In this document: one piece after another, positions 22,558 to 32,912 of the stretch
Numbering within the stretch: the first letter of the stretch is position 1
Layout of the letters: each line of letters opens with the position of its first letter
From: Candidatus Spyradenecus sp.
GTDB lineage: Bacteria; Verrucomicrobiota; Verrucomicrobiia; Opitutales; UBA953
Assembly: GCA_045535075.1 (NCBI GenBank)
Contig: JAZSKX010000013.1
Span: 70,284-134,283, forward strand
Direction: 5' to 3'
Length of the DNA stretch: 64,000 nucleotides
The notes under the pieces: generated by a model
Database searches by the model: none
What the model was told of the DNA's origin: nothing
The model's input: only the letters and a program-made list of their open reading frames with translations
Translations under genes and position numbers: made by a program

Positions 22558-23136
22558 TTAATTTAAAAATTCGGTGATAAAAAATCGGATTTGTTTTTCT
22601 AAAAATTCGGCTGAACCGTCATTGAAAAAGCAAAAATCCGCTCGGGTCATTTTTTCTTCGAGCGGCATTTGCGCCGCGATGCGAGAACGTGCCTGTTCCC
22701 GCGGCAAACCGCGTTTTTCGAGGCGCTCAAGCTGGACGGGCTCCGAGCACGCAAGGCAAAGCGTATAATCGAAAGCGGCTTCGAGTTTTTTTTCAAAAAG
22801 CAGAGGGATTTCGACGACGCAATGTTCGCCGCGCGCTTCCGCTTCCTCCGCCTGTTCCCGCCACGCTTTTTCGATTTTCGGATGAATGAAATCTTCCAAA
22901 TCCTTGCGCGCTTCGGGATCGGAAAAAACAATCTTTGCGACTTGCGCCCGATCGATTTTTCCCCCGGAAACACAATCATTGCCGAAACGCTTTACCACAA
23001 AATCGACGGCGGCGGAATCGGATAGAATTTCGTGTCCGAGTGCATCCGCGCTGAACGTCGTAAAATGGTGGTTTCGGAAGGCTTGTAATGCCGTGGATTT
23101 GCCGCAGCCGATGCCTCCCGTCAAAGCAATCTTCAT
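22558..23136 (-). CDS. coaE: Dephospho-CoA kinase
   Basis: [26 protein letters not shown]. Confidence 0.93.
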   Translation of the reverse strand: MKIALTGGIGCGKSTALQAFRNHHFTTFSADALGHEILSDSAAVDFVVKRFGNDCVSGGKIDRAQVAKIVFSDPEARKDLEDFIHPKIEKAWREQAEEAEARGEHCVVEIPLLFEKKLEAAFDYTLCLACSEPVQLERLEKRGLPREQARSRIAAQMPLEEKMTRADFCFFNDGSAEFLEKQIRFFITEFLN

Positions 23137-23317
23137 AAATAAATAGAATTTGGGAGATCGAAACTTAAAACCGGGATTATTGGAAGCAGCTCACTGATTC
23201 GTCCCAGTTTCGGCAATCATGCACGCCGCGAATCAGGAAATCAAACAGAATTTTCAAAGAAACCGGTTTCGTTTTTAAACATTGCCTTTCTCTTCCCGCG
23301 CTATTTAAAACGTTCTT

Positions 23318-24673
23318 ATGCCTCCTTCCCGTAGAGATTTTCTTAAAACCGGAGCAATTATCGGCGCCGGTCTCGTTATGTTCCCGCAAATTTTCGCAGA
23401 AACGGCAGAAAAACCAGTTGCGCTGTCCGACGAAATATGTGTTGCGCTTATCGGTTGCGGCACACAAGGCAATGTGTTGTTAGACGCCATTCTGCGAATG
23501 AATCGCTCGCTCGGCGTCCGCATCGTTGCCGTTTGCGACCTTTGGAAATTCAAACTCGATTCGACGGTTCGCCGCTTGAAGGCAAACGGGCGGACCGTTA
23601 ACGGCTACACGGATTTTCGTGAAATGCTTTCGCGGGAACGCTCGCTTGATGCCGTTTTCATTGCCACGCCGGATTTCTGCCATGCGCCGCAAACGATTGC
23701 CTGCCTCGCGGCGGGAAAGCATGTTTACTGCGAAAAAATGATGGCGGAAAATATTGACCGCGCCCGGGACATGGTACGTGCCGCACGCGAAGCCAAAAGC
23801 CGGGGAATTCTCACCCAAATCGGGCACCAGCGCCGCTCCAATCCGTATTACAAATTTGCATTTGAACAAGTCCTTCCCGCAAAAATCCTCGGGAGAATCA
23901 CGCACGCCGTCGGGCAATGGAACCGCGCCGTTACCCGCGACTTTACCGCGCCGAAAAAATTTCGCCCCGACGCCGCGTTGTTACGCGAATTCGGCTACGA
24001 AGACGAACACCAATTTCTCAACTGGCGTTGGTTTAAAAAGTATTCCGGCGGCCCGATTTCGGATCTCGGCGCCCATCAAATCGATATTTTTAATTGGTTT
24101 CTCGGGAAACCGGAAAGCGTCATCGCCGCCGGTGGGAACGATTATTACAAAAATCATGAGTGGTTCGACAACGTTACCGCGACATTTGCCTACGCAACGC
24201 CGGCGGGAACGGCTCGCGCCACCTATCAGGTACTGACTACGACCGGCTACGGCGGCGGATATTTCGAAGCATTCATGGGCGACGAAGGCTCTTTGCGACT
24301 TTCGGAAAAAACATCGCTCATCCGCGCCTATCAGGAGCCGCGCTCGGTTGTTGACTGGCAGGACTACGTTGAACGCGGTTTGCTCGCCAACGCCGAAATT
24401 CCCGCTGTCGTTCCCGCAGACAACGATTTCGACGCCCGAGCTTCGGCAAGCGTTCCCGCGGGCGAGTTCGTCTTACCACAACGCATCACGCTCGGAAACA
24501 AGACCATTCATCAGCCGCACGTCGAAAATTTCATTCGGGCAATTCGCCAAAAAGCCTCGCTTACCTGCGATGCTGAGGAAGCGTTTCTTTCCGAAGCTCC
24601 GATTTATAAAGTCAACGAAGCCGTCGCCGCCGAAAAAATGCTCCGATACACACCGGAAGATTTCTCCGTTTAG
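23318..24673 (+). CDS. Tat-exported Gfo/Idh/MocA family oxidoreductase
   Basis: SRRDFLK twin-arginine signal; IGCG, IATPDFCH, GKHVYCEK, QIGHQRRS, DLGAHQID. Confidence 0.88.
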   Translation: MPPSRRDFLKTGAIIGAGLVMFPQIFAETAEKPVALSDEICVALIGCGTQGNVLLDAILRMNRSLGVRIVAVCDLWKFKLDSTVRRLKANGRTVNGYTDFREMLSRERSLDAVFIATPDFCHAPQTIACLAAGKHVYCEKMMAENIDRARDMVRAAREAKSRGILTQIGHQRRSNPYYKFAFEQVLPAKILGRITHAVGQWNRAVTRDFTAPKKFRPDAALLREFGYEDEHQFLNWRWFKKYSGGPISDLGAHQIDIFNWFLGKPESVIAAGGNDYYKNHEWFDNVTATFAYATPAGTARATYQVLTTTGYGGGYFEAFMGDEGSLRLSEKTSLIRAYQEPRSVVDWQDYVERGLLANAEIPAVVPADNDFDARASASVPAGEFVLPQRITLGNKTIHQPHVENFIRAIRQKASLTCDAEEAFLSEAPIYKVNEAVAAEKMLRYTPEDFSV

Positions 24674-24677
24674 TAAA

Positions 24678-24716
24678 TTAACGAAAATTTAACAATTCCC
24701 TTATCTTTCGATAACA
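24678..24716 (+). promoter_or_regulatory. Pho-box-like 11-bp-periodic direct repeats upstream of the response regulator
   Basis: TTAACG (24678), TTAACA (24689), ATAACA (24711) on an 11-bp register. Confidence 0.5.
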
Positions 24717-24744
24717 TTTCCGGCGCACAATCAAGTAATCGCAT

Positions 24745-25431
24745 ATGGCAACAAAAATTCTGGTAATTGAAGACGACGAAGCGATTCGCGACGTGATTTG
24801 TTTTACACTCGAAAATAACGGCTACGAAAACGTAATTGCCGCCGGCGACGGCGAATCCGGTTTGCAAATTGCCCGACGGGAACAGCCGTCGCTTGTGCTT
24901 TTAGATCTGATGTTGCCGCAACTGGACGGGCTGAGTGTTTGCCGAGAGCTTAAGCGCGATGAAGCAACGCACAACATTCCCGTGATCATGCTCACGGCAA
25001 AAAGCGAGGAAAGCGACATCGTCCTCGGGCTCGAAATGGGCGCCAACGACTATATCACAAAACCTTTTAGCAACAAAGTCCTTGTCGCACGCGTTCGCGC
25101 ACAACTCCGAAACGGCTTTGATAAAGAACACAGCGGAGAAATCCGCTACGATGTGCTACTGATGAACACGCTTGAACACACCGCCTCGCTTGACGGCAAG
25201 CCCCTCGATCTCACATTCACCGAATACGGGATTTTGAAATTGCTTGCTAAACGACCGGGACGCGTTTTCACGCGAGACCAAATCGTGACGAAAGTTAAAG
25301 GCGATGACTATCCCGTAACCGATCGAGCCATCGACGTGCAGATCGTCAATCTTCGACGCAAACTCGGCGCGTGGGGCACGCACATCGAAACGGTGCGCGG
25401 AGTCGGTTATCGGATGAAAGCCAAATTCTAA
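24745..25431 (+). CDS. OmpR/PhoB-family response regulator (PhoB/PhoP-like)
   Basis: IEDD, LLDLMLP, MLTAKSEE, DYITKPF, winged helix ending IETVRGVGY. Confidence 0.92.
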   Translation: MATKILVIEDDEAIRDVICFTLENNGYENVIAAGDGESGLQIARREQPSLVLLDLMLPQLDGLSVCRELKRDEATHNIPVIMLTAKSEESDIVLGLEMGANDYITKPFSNKVLVARVRAQLRNGFDKEHSGEIRYDVLLMNTLEHTASLDGKPLDLTFTEYGILKLLAKRPGRVFTRDQIVTKVKGDDYPVTDRAIDVQIVNLRRKLGAWGTHIETVRGVGYRMKAKF

Positions 25432-25444
25432 GCGAACCCGCCAC

Positions 25445-27205
25445 ATGAAGTCTCAGGACAAAACCCTTTTTGCGTTCCCGCTCATTCTCATTTTTTTGGT
25501 CATAATTTCGGCGGGAGCGCTCTTTGTTTTCACTAAAAAATTTGAAGAATCCTATGTCGCGGCAGAAAAGCGCGGAGTCATGCTTGAGGCGCAATTCGTT
25601 GCCTCGCTGATTTCTCCGATGCTGGTTGAAGGCGATGTTGAGCGCGTTGCCGAGTTTTGCGAAGGAATTTCGGAAAAATCCCGGCGCATCACGCTGGTGG
25701 ATTCCGCGGGAACGGTTTTGGCAGACTCCGGTGCGGACAAGGGGATTTTGGACAATCACGCCCATCGTGAGGAAATCGCGATCGCCATTGCGGGAACGCC
25801 CGGAAGCAGCATTCGCTTCAGCAGTACGCAAAATGAACGCATGATTTACTGCGCAATGCCGATTGACGCTACGCTCGACGGAAAAACAAACTATGTCTTG
25901 CGCGTCGCCGTTTACAATAAGGACGTGGAGTCGGTGATTTCCGGCGTTAAAACAATCGTCCTTCTCGCGCTCGCGATCGGCGGAATTTCGGCAATCGCCC
26001 TTGCCTGCTACATTATCTTTCGCATTCGCATTCCCTTAATTCAACTTCAGGAAAGCGCCAAACGCATCTCGCGCGGCAACCTTGACGAAAGAATTTCGAT
26101 TCCGGCAAAAGGCTTCGTACGGGAACTGGCGCTTCCCGTAAGCCGCATGAAAGAGCAACTCAAGCAGCAACTCGATCGCATCACGGCAGATCGGAACGAC
26201 CGCGAAAATCTCTTTTCCGCTCTTTCGGAAGCGGTTTTGCTGATCAATGAAGACCGCGAAGCCATCTACTTCAACAGCGCGGCACGAAAAATCTTCAATA
26301 TCGATACGGCATCGACGCAGTTTAACTGGCGGCGCTGCGGCTCCGCAGATTTGTTAAAACTTTCCGAAATCGCCTTTTCCGAAAGCCGGAATATCGAGAC
26401 GGAAGTAACACTGAATTGCGCGGGAACGCAACGTAGCCTTTACGCCAAAGGCGGCATCATTCTTCATGACGGCAAACGCTGCCTGCTTTTAGCCATCACG
26501 GATATGACGAATTTGCGCCGCCTCGAATCGTTCCGGAGCGATTTCGTCGCCAATGTTTCACACGAAATTAAAACGCCGCTTACGAGCATTCTCAGCGCCG
26601 TGGAATCTTTGCGTGACGGCGCACTGAACTCTCCGGAATTTGCTCGAAAATTCCTAAAAATTCTCAGTACACAAGGCAAGCGTCTCAACGCATTGATTCA
26701 GGATATTTTGAGCCTTGCGGCTCTTGAGCGGAGAGAAATTTCCGGAAAAAAAGAATTCGAGTCTTTCCAATTGGACGCCGCACTTGAAAATGCGGTAAAC
26801 GCCTGCACCGAAAACGCCGAAGCAGCCGATATTTCTCTATGCATTACCCGCAATGACACCATTGAATACTTCGGGGATTCCCAACTTATCGAACAGGCGA
26901 TAATCAATCTTGTCGGCAACGCCATTAAGTACAGCGCCAGTCCGAAAATTGAAATTTCACTGGAACGACAAGGCGCAAACGCCGTCATCGCCGTGAAAGA
27001 TTTCGGAATCGGCATTCCCGCCGAGCATCTTCCCCGGCTTTTCGAGCGGTTCTATCGGGTTCACAAGGAACGATCGCAAAAACTCGGAGGCACCGGGCTC
27101 GGGCTGGCAATTGTCAAACATATCGCCCAACTTCACGGCGGGAGCGCGAGCGCGGAAAGCAAACCCGGAACCGGCTCGACGTTCCGCATTATTCTTCCGC
27201 TTTAA
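25445..27205 (+). CDS. Sensor histidine kinase (PhoR-like; TM, HAMP, PAS, HisKA, HATPase)
   Basis: FVANVSHEIKTPLT, NLVGNAIKY, DFGIGIP, FERFYRV, GTGLGLAIVKH. Confidence 0.92.
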   Translation: MKSQDKTLFAFPLILIFLVIISAGALFVFTKKFEESYVAAEKRGVMLEAQFVASLISPMLVEGDVERVAEFCEGISEKSRRITLVDSAGTVLADSGADKGILDNHAHREEIAIAIAGTPGSSIRFSSTQNERMIYCAMPIDATLDGKTNYVLRVAVYNKDVESVISGVKTIVLLALAIGGISAIALACYIIFRIRIPLIQLQESAKRISRGNLDERISIPAKGFVRELALPVSRMKEQLKQQLDRITADRNDRENLFSALSEAVLLINEDREAIYFNSAARKIFNIDTASTQFNWRRCGSADLLKLSEIAFSESRNIETEVTLNCAGTQRSLYAKGGIILHDGKRCLLLAITDMTNLRRLESFRSDFVANVSHEIKTPLTSILSAVESLRDGALNSPEFARKFLKILSTQGKRLNALIQDILSLAALERREISGKKEFESFQLDAALENAVNACTENAEAADISLCITRNDTIEYFGDSQLIEQAIINLVGNAIKYSASPKIEISLERQGANAVIAVKDFGIGIPAEHLPRLFERFYRVHKERSQKLGGTGLGLAIVKHIAQLHGGSASAESKPGTGSTFRIILPL

Positions 27206-27242
27206 TTGAAAAACTACGGGAACGCCGGCACAACGCGCGCTC

Positions 27243-28094
27243 TCAGAAAAAAGGATTTTCCTGAATTTCCGCGGCGATGCCTGTCGCGGGACCGTGCCCC
27301 GGCGCAACGACGGTTTCTTCGCTCAGGGAATCAAGCAAACGCGCCTTAATATTGCCAAGCGACTGCTCCAAGTCGCCGGGAAGGCAACCGCCGACGCTCC
27401 CGAGAAAAAGCGTGTCTCCCGTAAAAGCAATCGGAGCAAATCCGGTCGACGGATTTTTCCAAAGATAAACAACGGAATCTGTCGTGTGCCCGGGAACGGA
27501 AATCGCCCGCAACGCAAAATTTCCCGCATCAAAATCAACAGCATTTCCCGCCGTGCCGAGAAAAAGTGTATTAAAATTGTAAATACACATCGACGGGAAC
27601 GCGTCTTTCAACTCATTTATTCCGCCGGCGTGATCGAAATGATCGTGAGTAATGCACAAATCGACATGCCGGACAGCGCGCGACTTCAGCACCTCGACCA
27701 GCGTTCCCGCATCTTTGCCGCAATCGACAACGAGCGCATTGCCGCAAGTTTCGTCTGTAACGACATAAGCATTCGATGTCATCTTCGGCAAAACTTTGTT
27801 CCCGCAAAACATAATTTCCCGCCGGAAATTTCTCGGGAACTTCGCTTCTTCCGTAAAATTGCCCGAAACCGCAGAATCGAATTTCAAATCAAGGAGTTCC
27901 AGTTTTTCGGGAAACAAGCCAAGCGCCACGGCAATTTTAGCGCGAGTCTCTCCGCTCGCCCGATGCTTCCGCAGGCGTCGAATTTCAGAAAGCGAAATTC
28001 CCGTTTTTTCGGAAATCATCTCGGACGAAATTCCTCTGCCAAGCATCGACTTGCGTAAAACGTCCGTCGCATTATCCTCAATTTGTATCGACAT
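27243..28094 (-). CDS. MBL-fold metallo-hydrolase with N-terminal HTH-like extension
   Basis: THDHFDHAGG, PGHT, FTGDTLF, PGHGP; ATG at 28094 chosen. Confidence 0.85.
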   Translation of the reverse strand: MSIQIEDNATDVLRKSMLGRGISSEMISEKTGISLSEIRRLRKHRASGETRAKIAVALGLFPEKLELLDLKFDSAVSGNFTEEAKFPRNFRREIMFCGNKVLPKMTSNAYVVTDETCGNALVVDCGKDAGTLVEVLKSRAVRHVDLCITHDHFDHAGGINELKDAFPSMCIYNFNTLFLGTAGNAVDFDAGNFALRAISVPGHTTDSVVYLWKNPSTGFAPIAFTGDTLFLGSVGGCLPGDLEQSLGNIKARLLDSLSEETVVAPGHGPATGIAAEIQENPFF

Positions 28095-28124
28095 CCTCTC
28101 CAATCTCGGTTTCAACGTCTGAAA

Positions 28125-29123
28125 ATGCAAGGGTTTATTTTTAAAAAACAATATTTAAAGTCGTGCTTCACCGGAGCATTGGCGTTTGCGGGAAGCATCG
28201 CCCTGCTCTGTGCGGCAGACCGACCGGCAAACCACACCGAACGGGCAGAACTCCCGCCGCTACTCGCCGTCGAACCCGCGCACGACCTCCCCGTACTCCG
28301 CCTCACCGCTTCGTCACGCCATGCCAAAGACCTCATTTGCGAAAATTCCTCTCTGGAAAAATTCTCCAAGGCGGAAGACGTTTTTTGGACCGTTAACGAT
28401 TCCGAGTCCGGGCCATACCTTTTCGCGCTGACAAGCCGCGGCGAAGTCCTGAAACCAGCGTTCCCGCAAAAAAAGTATCGCGGAATTCTTCTCACGGGAA
28501 GGCGCAATATCGACTGGGAAGCTATCGCCGCCGACGAGGCCGGAAATCTCATCGTCGCGGATGTCGGCAACAATCGGAGCAATCGTCGCAATCTCTGTTT
28601 TTATATTGTTCCCGAACCTGATCCGCGCGCTGAGCAAACCGAGCCATCCCGAAAAATTTCGTTTTACTACCCGACCCAGGACGAATTTCCGGCGCATTCC
28701 CGCAATTTTGACAGCGAAGCCTGCTTCGCCGTAAACGGATTTATTTACTTTTTCACGAAGCAATGGACCAATACGGAAACCGTACTTTGGCGCGTCGATC
28801 CGAACACGGAAAATTATCAGGCGGCAGTTCCCGTCGCGCGTTTCAACTCACGCGGACTGGTTACGGATGCCGCACTTTCCGCGTCTCGCGACCGACTTGC
28901 AATTCTGACGTATCACGCCGTTTGGCTTTTCGACTTGCCGGAAAAAGATGCACGCGGCACGCGAGTCGAATCCGATTTTTTCTCCAAACCCCGTTTTCGA
29001 AAAATCGCCGTTCCCGTCACCGATTGGCAACTTGAAGGAATTGCCTTCTTGGACGATTCAACACTGCTTATTTCCTCGGAATCCGGCTCACTCTTCAAGC
29101 TTCCCGTCTCAGAATTAAAGTAA
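28125..29123 (+). CDS. Hypothetical exported protein (beta-propeller-like)
   Basis: Signal-like N-terminus; WTVNDS, DWEAIA, DVGNN, NFDSEA, QLEGIAF. Confidence 0.7.
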   Translation: MQGFIFKKQYLKSCFTGALAFAGSIALLCAADRPANHTERAELPPLLAVEPAHDLPVLRLTASSRHAKDLICENSSLEKFSKAEDVFWTVNDSESGPYLFALTSRGEVLKPAFPQKKYRGILLTGRRNIDWEAIAADEAGNLIVADVGNNRSNRRNLCFYIVPEPDPRAEQTEPSRKISFYYPTQDEFPAHSRNFDSEACFAVNGFIYFFTKQWTNTETVLWRVDPNTENYQAAVPVARFNSRGLVTDAALSASRDRLAILTYHAVWLFDLPEKDARGTRVESDFFSKPRFRKIAVPVTDWQLEGIAFLDDSTLLISSESGSLFKLPVSELK

Positions 29124-29210
29124 TTTTCCGGATAAAGATTGCGATTTCAGCTTTTTACGATTCCGTTTCGGGCGGCTTCAAGATAGAGTTTCAACTTACG
29201 TTTTCGCTTC

Positions 29211-30785
29211 ATGGCTCGCGTCCTTCTTCATACCTGTTGCGGCATTTGCGCCGGACACTGCGTTTCGCTCTTGCAGTCCCAAGGGCACGACGTCGTCCTT
29301 TTTTACAGCAATGCCAATATCGCACCCGCAGCGGAATTCGACCGCCGGCGCAAGGCAGCGGAAACACTCGGCGGGCATTTCGGCGTTCCCGTCATCATTG
29401 ATACCCCGGATCATCGCGACTGGCTCGAACGCGTTGCACGCGGATTCGAACGCGAGCCGGAACGCGGTGCGCGCTGTCCGCGCTGTTTTCGCTACTCGCT
29501 CGAACGCGCCGCAAAAGCTGCACGCGAGCACGGATTTGATTTTTTTACAACGACATTAACGGTTTCTCCGCACAAACCCTCAAAAACAATTTTTGAAATC
29601 GGAAAATCCATTGACGCAGAACGCTTTCTCGAAGTTGACTTCAAAAAGCAGGACGGATTTAAGAAAACAAACACAATTTCCCGATCGCTCGATTTGTACC
29701 GACAAAGCTACTGCGGCTGCGAATTCAGCCTGCGGGATGCACTGGCTCACCGACGGGAAGGCACAACAAAAAAAGCTGAGATTCTGAGCGGGAACGACGA
29801 TGATATCGCTCTTGCGGGAAGCCTTCTGCGCGCGGGAACGCTCGTCGCCATTCCGACAGAAACCGTTTACGGACTTGCTGCCAACGCATTCGACGAAAAC
29901 GCAGTCAGGAACATTTTTTCGACCAAAGGGCGCCCGTTTATCGATCCGCTAATCGTCCACGTTCACTCGCTCGAACAGGCGGGAACGCTTGCGGAAATTG
30001 GGCATCCTGCGGTCGAAAAGCTGGCGAATGCTTTTTGGCCGGGACCGCTTACGTTGGTTTTACCAAAGAAAAAAACGGTTCCGGATATCGTAACCGCCGG
30101 CGAAGCGACCGTGGCAGTTCGCATGCCCGCGCATCCGCTGGCGCGAAAAATTCTTCAGGCGGCGGGAACGCCGCTCGCCGCGCCAAGTGCCAATCCGTTC
30201 GGCTATGTCAGCCCGACAACGGCTCAGCATGTTTCGGACTCGCTCGGAGAGCGTCTTACGCACATTGTCGACGGCGGAGCCTGCGAGTGCGGGATTGAAT
30301 CGACGATTGTATTGATCGCTGAAAAAATCAGAATTTTACGTCTCGGAGTTATTACGCGAGAGGAGATTCAGAATGTTCTCGGCAAAGATTTTGAGGTTGA
30401 AATCGGCAAAGGGCTTTTAGAAAAAAAAGCGGAAGCCGCGGGAACGCCGACGGCTCAACTCGCTCCGGGAATGCTGAAAAAGCACTACAGCCCGCGCGCG
30501 CGCGTCGAACTGTGGGAAAAGACGATTCCCGATTTCGGGAACACGCCGGAAAAAACCGCTATCGTATTCCAAATGCGCCCGAAAAATCTTCCTCCGTTAC
30601 CGGAAAATTGTGATGTTTTTTGGCTTTCCGAAGACGGCGACCAAGCGGCAGTTGCGCGAAGCGTTTTTGCCCTGCTCCGGCGCTTGGACGAAATCGGATT
30701 TTCCCATATTCGCATTGAACGCTCTCCGAATCACGGGGTCGGCGCAGCCGTCAACGATCGACTTTCGCGTGCCGCAGCAAAATAA
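29211..30785 (+). CDS. Fusion: epoxyqueuosine reductase QueH plus Sua5-type threonylcarbamoyl-AMP synthase
   Basis: N-part: LLHTCCGIC, CPRCF, TLTVSPHK, YRQSYCGC (QueH). C-part: PTETVYGL, KGRP, APSAN, SPT, GIESTIV, PGMLKKHYSP (Sua5). No internal stop. Confidence 0.88.
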   Translation: MARVLLHTCCGICAGHCVSLLQSQGHDVVLFYSNANIAPAAEFDRRRKAAETLGGHFGVPVIIDTPDHRDWLERVARGFEREPERGARCPRCFRYSLERAAKAAREHGFDFFTTTLTVSPHKPSKTIFEIGKSIDAERFLEVDFKKQDGFKKTNTISRSLDLYRQSYCGCEFSLRDALAHRREGTTKKAEILSGNDDDIALAGSLLRAGTLVAIPTETVYGLAANAFDENAVRNIFSTKGRPFIDPLIVHVHSLEQAGTLAEIGHPAVEKLANAFWPGPLTLVLPKKKTVPDIVTAGEATVAVRMPAHPLARKILQAAGTPLAAPSANPFGYVSPTTAQHVSDSLGERLTHIVDGGACECGIESTIVLIAEKIRILRLGVITREEIQNVLGKDFEVEIGKGLLEKKAEAAGTPTAQLAPGMLKKHYSPRARVELWEKTIPDFGNTPEKTAIVFQMRPKNLPPLPENCDVFWLSEDGDQAAVARSVFALLRRLDEIGFSHIRIERSPNHGVGAAVNDRLSRAAAK

Positions 30786-30786
30786 A

Positions 30787-32901
30787 TCACGCAAACGGTC
30801 GAATCAGCACGTCGAGCAAATCCGCGGAAAATCGCAGGTATTTTTGATGCGGGAGCGCGGAAAGGAACTGCCGCCCGTAGGCTTTATTGACAACCCGTGA
30901 GTCCGTCAGTATCAAGCGTCCGCGATCGCTCGCTTTTCGAATTAAGCGTCCGATGCCTTGGCGAAACTGTAAAATCGCGTCCGGAATCGACATTTCGAAA
31001 AACGGTTTTCCTCCCTGCTCCTTAATCCATTCCATGCGCGCTTCGACAAGCGGCACGGACGGATTGGCGAAAGGCAAGCGCGGAACAATCACCTGAGAAA
31101 GCGCCTCGCCGGGAACATCAATTCCGGTCCAAAAGCTCTGATTCCCGATTAAAACACCGTTCCCGCAAGCAACGAAGCGACGCGTCATCTCCTGCCGCAT
31201 CAAGCCTTCCCCTTGAACAAAAACTTCCCGTGAATCGTTCAAGCGGGAACGCAATGCCTCGGCAAGCTTGGAACAGAAATCAAAACTCGTACACAAAATC
31301 AGCGTTCCGCCCGACGGCATCATTTTCACGCAATGCTCCGCCACAATCGCGTTGTATTCGACATTGCGAGCAAGATTTTCGCCGCGATCCGACTCCGGGC
31401 AATCCGTCGCAACAAAAATTTCCATATTGTTGACATAGTCAAACGGCGAAGCTTCGCACTCCGAGCGCACGGGATTTTCTCCGAGATCGGCACCGCAACA
31501 GCGGATAAACCGCGACATGTCTTTCTTGTTGTTGGTCAATGTTGCACTCGAAAGTACGGCACTTGTTCCGCGACCGAAAAGTGCGTCGGCAAGTTGCGGA
31601 GCAACATCAATCGGAGCACCGGAAAGCGTAACAACGCGACGTTTTCCCGACGAAACTTCCGCCCAATAAACATATTTCGGTGCCCGCCTCAATTCCAAGC
31701 ATTCACGAACGGCAAGCCGATACGCCTGAAGTTTTTCCGAAAAATCGTTTATTTCGTCTTTTGCCGTGGCACGCTCCTCTATTTGGGCAATGGCTCGCAA
31801 GCGATTTTCCAAATTGCCGATCGGAATTTCACAAACGTTTTGCGCCCAATCGCGCTCACGAAAACGACGCGTTTGATTTTTTCCGAGAATGCGAAAGCGA
31901 ATGTCGTTAAAAAAAACTTCCGTCGCATCTTTCGCCTCGGCGATGAGTGCCTGCAAGTCCTTCGGCTTGTAAGGAAAAAGAATTCCGTTTTTTTTGCACG
32001 CGGAAAGAACCTGTGAAAGCAAGCGCTGCAGCCCGTAGGAACTTGCCTCAATGCCGAAATAATCCGTAGCAATGTCCGGGACGCGATGCGCTTCGTCAAG
32101 GACGACAAAGTCGTTCGCGTAAAGAATGCCGGGCGTGTTCCCGTGGGGCGCCGCTCCCGCGCCGATAAGAGAAAATAAAAGGCTATGATTGACGATGACC
32201 AGGTCTGCTTCTTCAAGGGCCGCCTTTGCCCGGCGGTGTGCGCAGTTTTTGGGCGTACAGTTTTTACGGGAACAGGCGCGTGAATCCGCATTGACCAAAT
32301 CCCAGACTTCATCGCTGACACGACGCGGCAAGTGTTCCCGTACGCCGCTGCAACCCGGCTCCGCCCACCAATCACGGATCATTTTCAATTCCTGAGCTTC
32401 CGCCGAGCCGTCGCTCCCGTCGAAAATTCCCTCCCGGCGCCGAAGCGCTTCCGCAAGTCGCGTTCCGCAAAGATAATTCGCCCTGCCAATCATCAAAACC
32501 ACTTTGAAATCGGAAAATTCTTCCAATTCCGGCGTGTTTTCAAAAAGTTCGCGGCAAAGCGCCAAATCCTTTTTTAAAATCTGCTCCTGAAGCGGAATCG
32601 TATGCGTGGAAACAACAAATTTTTTCTTCGAGAGCTTAGAAAAAATTAATCCGGGAATCAGATACGCAAGGCTTTTCCCGACACCCGTTCCCGCTTCAAA
32701 GAGTAAGGACGATGCCTCGACAAACGTTCCCGCGACCGCCTCTGCCATGCGCGTTTGCTGCGGTCTGTTTTCCATACGCAAACGCTTTTGAAGCCAGCCG
32801 TTGGCACGAAAAACTTTTTGAGTCAACGCGAGCACTTCCGACGCATATTCACCGAAGCGCGTCGTGCAGGTTTCTTCAAAATCTTCCGCAAACCCGACCA
32901 T
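30787..32901 (-). CDS. dinG: DinG/YoaA family ATP-dependent helicase with Fe-S cysteines
   Basis: EAGTGVGKS, GRANYLC, C..C..C, DEAH, SAT, SPF, WTGID, QGIGRLIR. Confidence 0.9.
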   Translation of the reverse strand: MVGFAEDFEETCTTRFGEYASEVLALTQKVFRANGWLQKRLRMENRPQQTRMAEAVAGTFVEASSLLFEAGTGVGKSLAYLIPGLIFSKLSKKKFVVSTHTIPLQEQILKKDLALCRELFENTPELEEFSDFKVVLMIGRANYLCGTRLAEALRRREGIFDGSDGSAEAQELKMIRDWWAEPGCSGVREHLPRRVSDEVWDLVNADSRACSRKNCTPKNCAHRRAKAALEEADLVIVNHSLLFSLIGAGAAPHGNTPGILYANDFVVLDEAHRVPDIATDYFGIEASSYGLQRLLSQVLSACKKNGILFPYKPKDLQALIAEAKDATEVFFNDIRFRILGKNQTRRFRERDWAQNVCEIPIGNLENRLRAIAQIEERATAKDEINDFSEKLQAYRLAVRECLELRRAPKYVYWAEVSSGKRRVVTLSGAPIDVAPQLADALFGRGTSAVLSSATLTNNKKDMSRFIRCCGADLGENPVRSECEASPFDYVNNMEIFVATDCPESDRGENLARNVEYNAIVAEHCVKMMPSGGTLILCTSFDFCSKLAEALRSRLNDSREVFVQGEGLMRQEMTRRFVACGNGVLIGNQSFWTGIDVPGEALSQVIVPRLPFANPSVPLVEARMEWIKEQGGKPFFEMSIPDAILQFRQGIGRLIRKASDRGRLILTDSRVVNKAYGRQFLSALPHQKYLRFSADLLDVLIRPFA

Positions 32902-32912
32902 CGGCGGGAACC

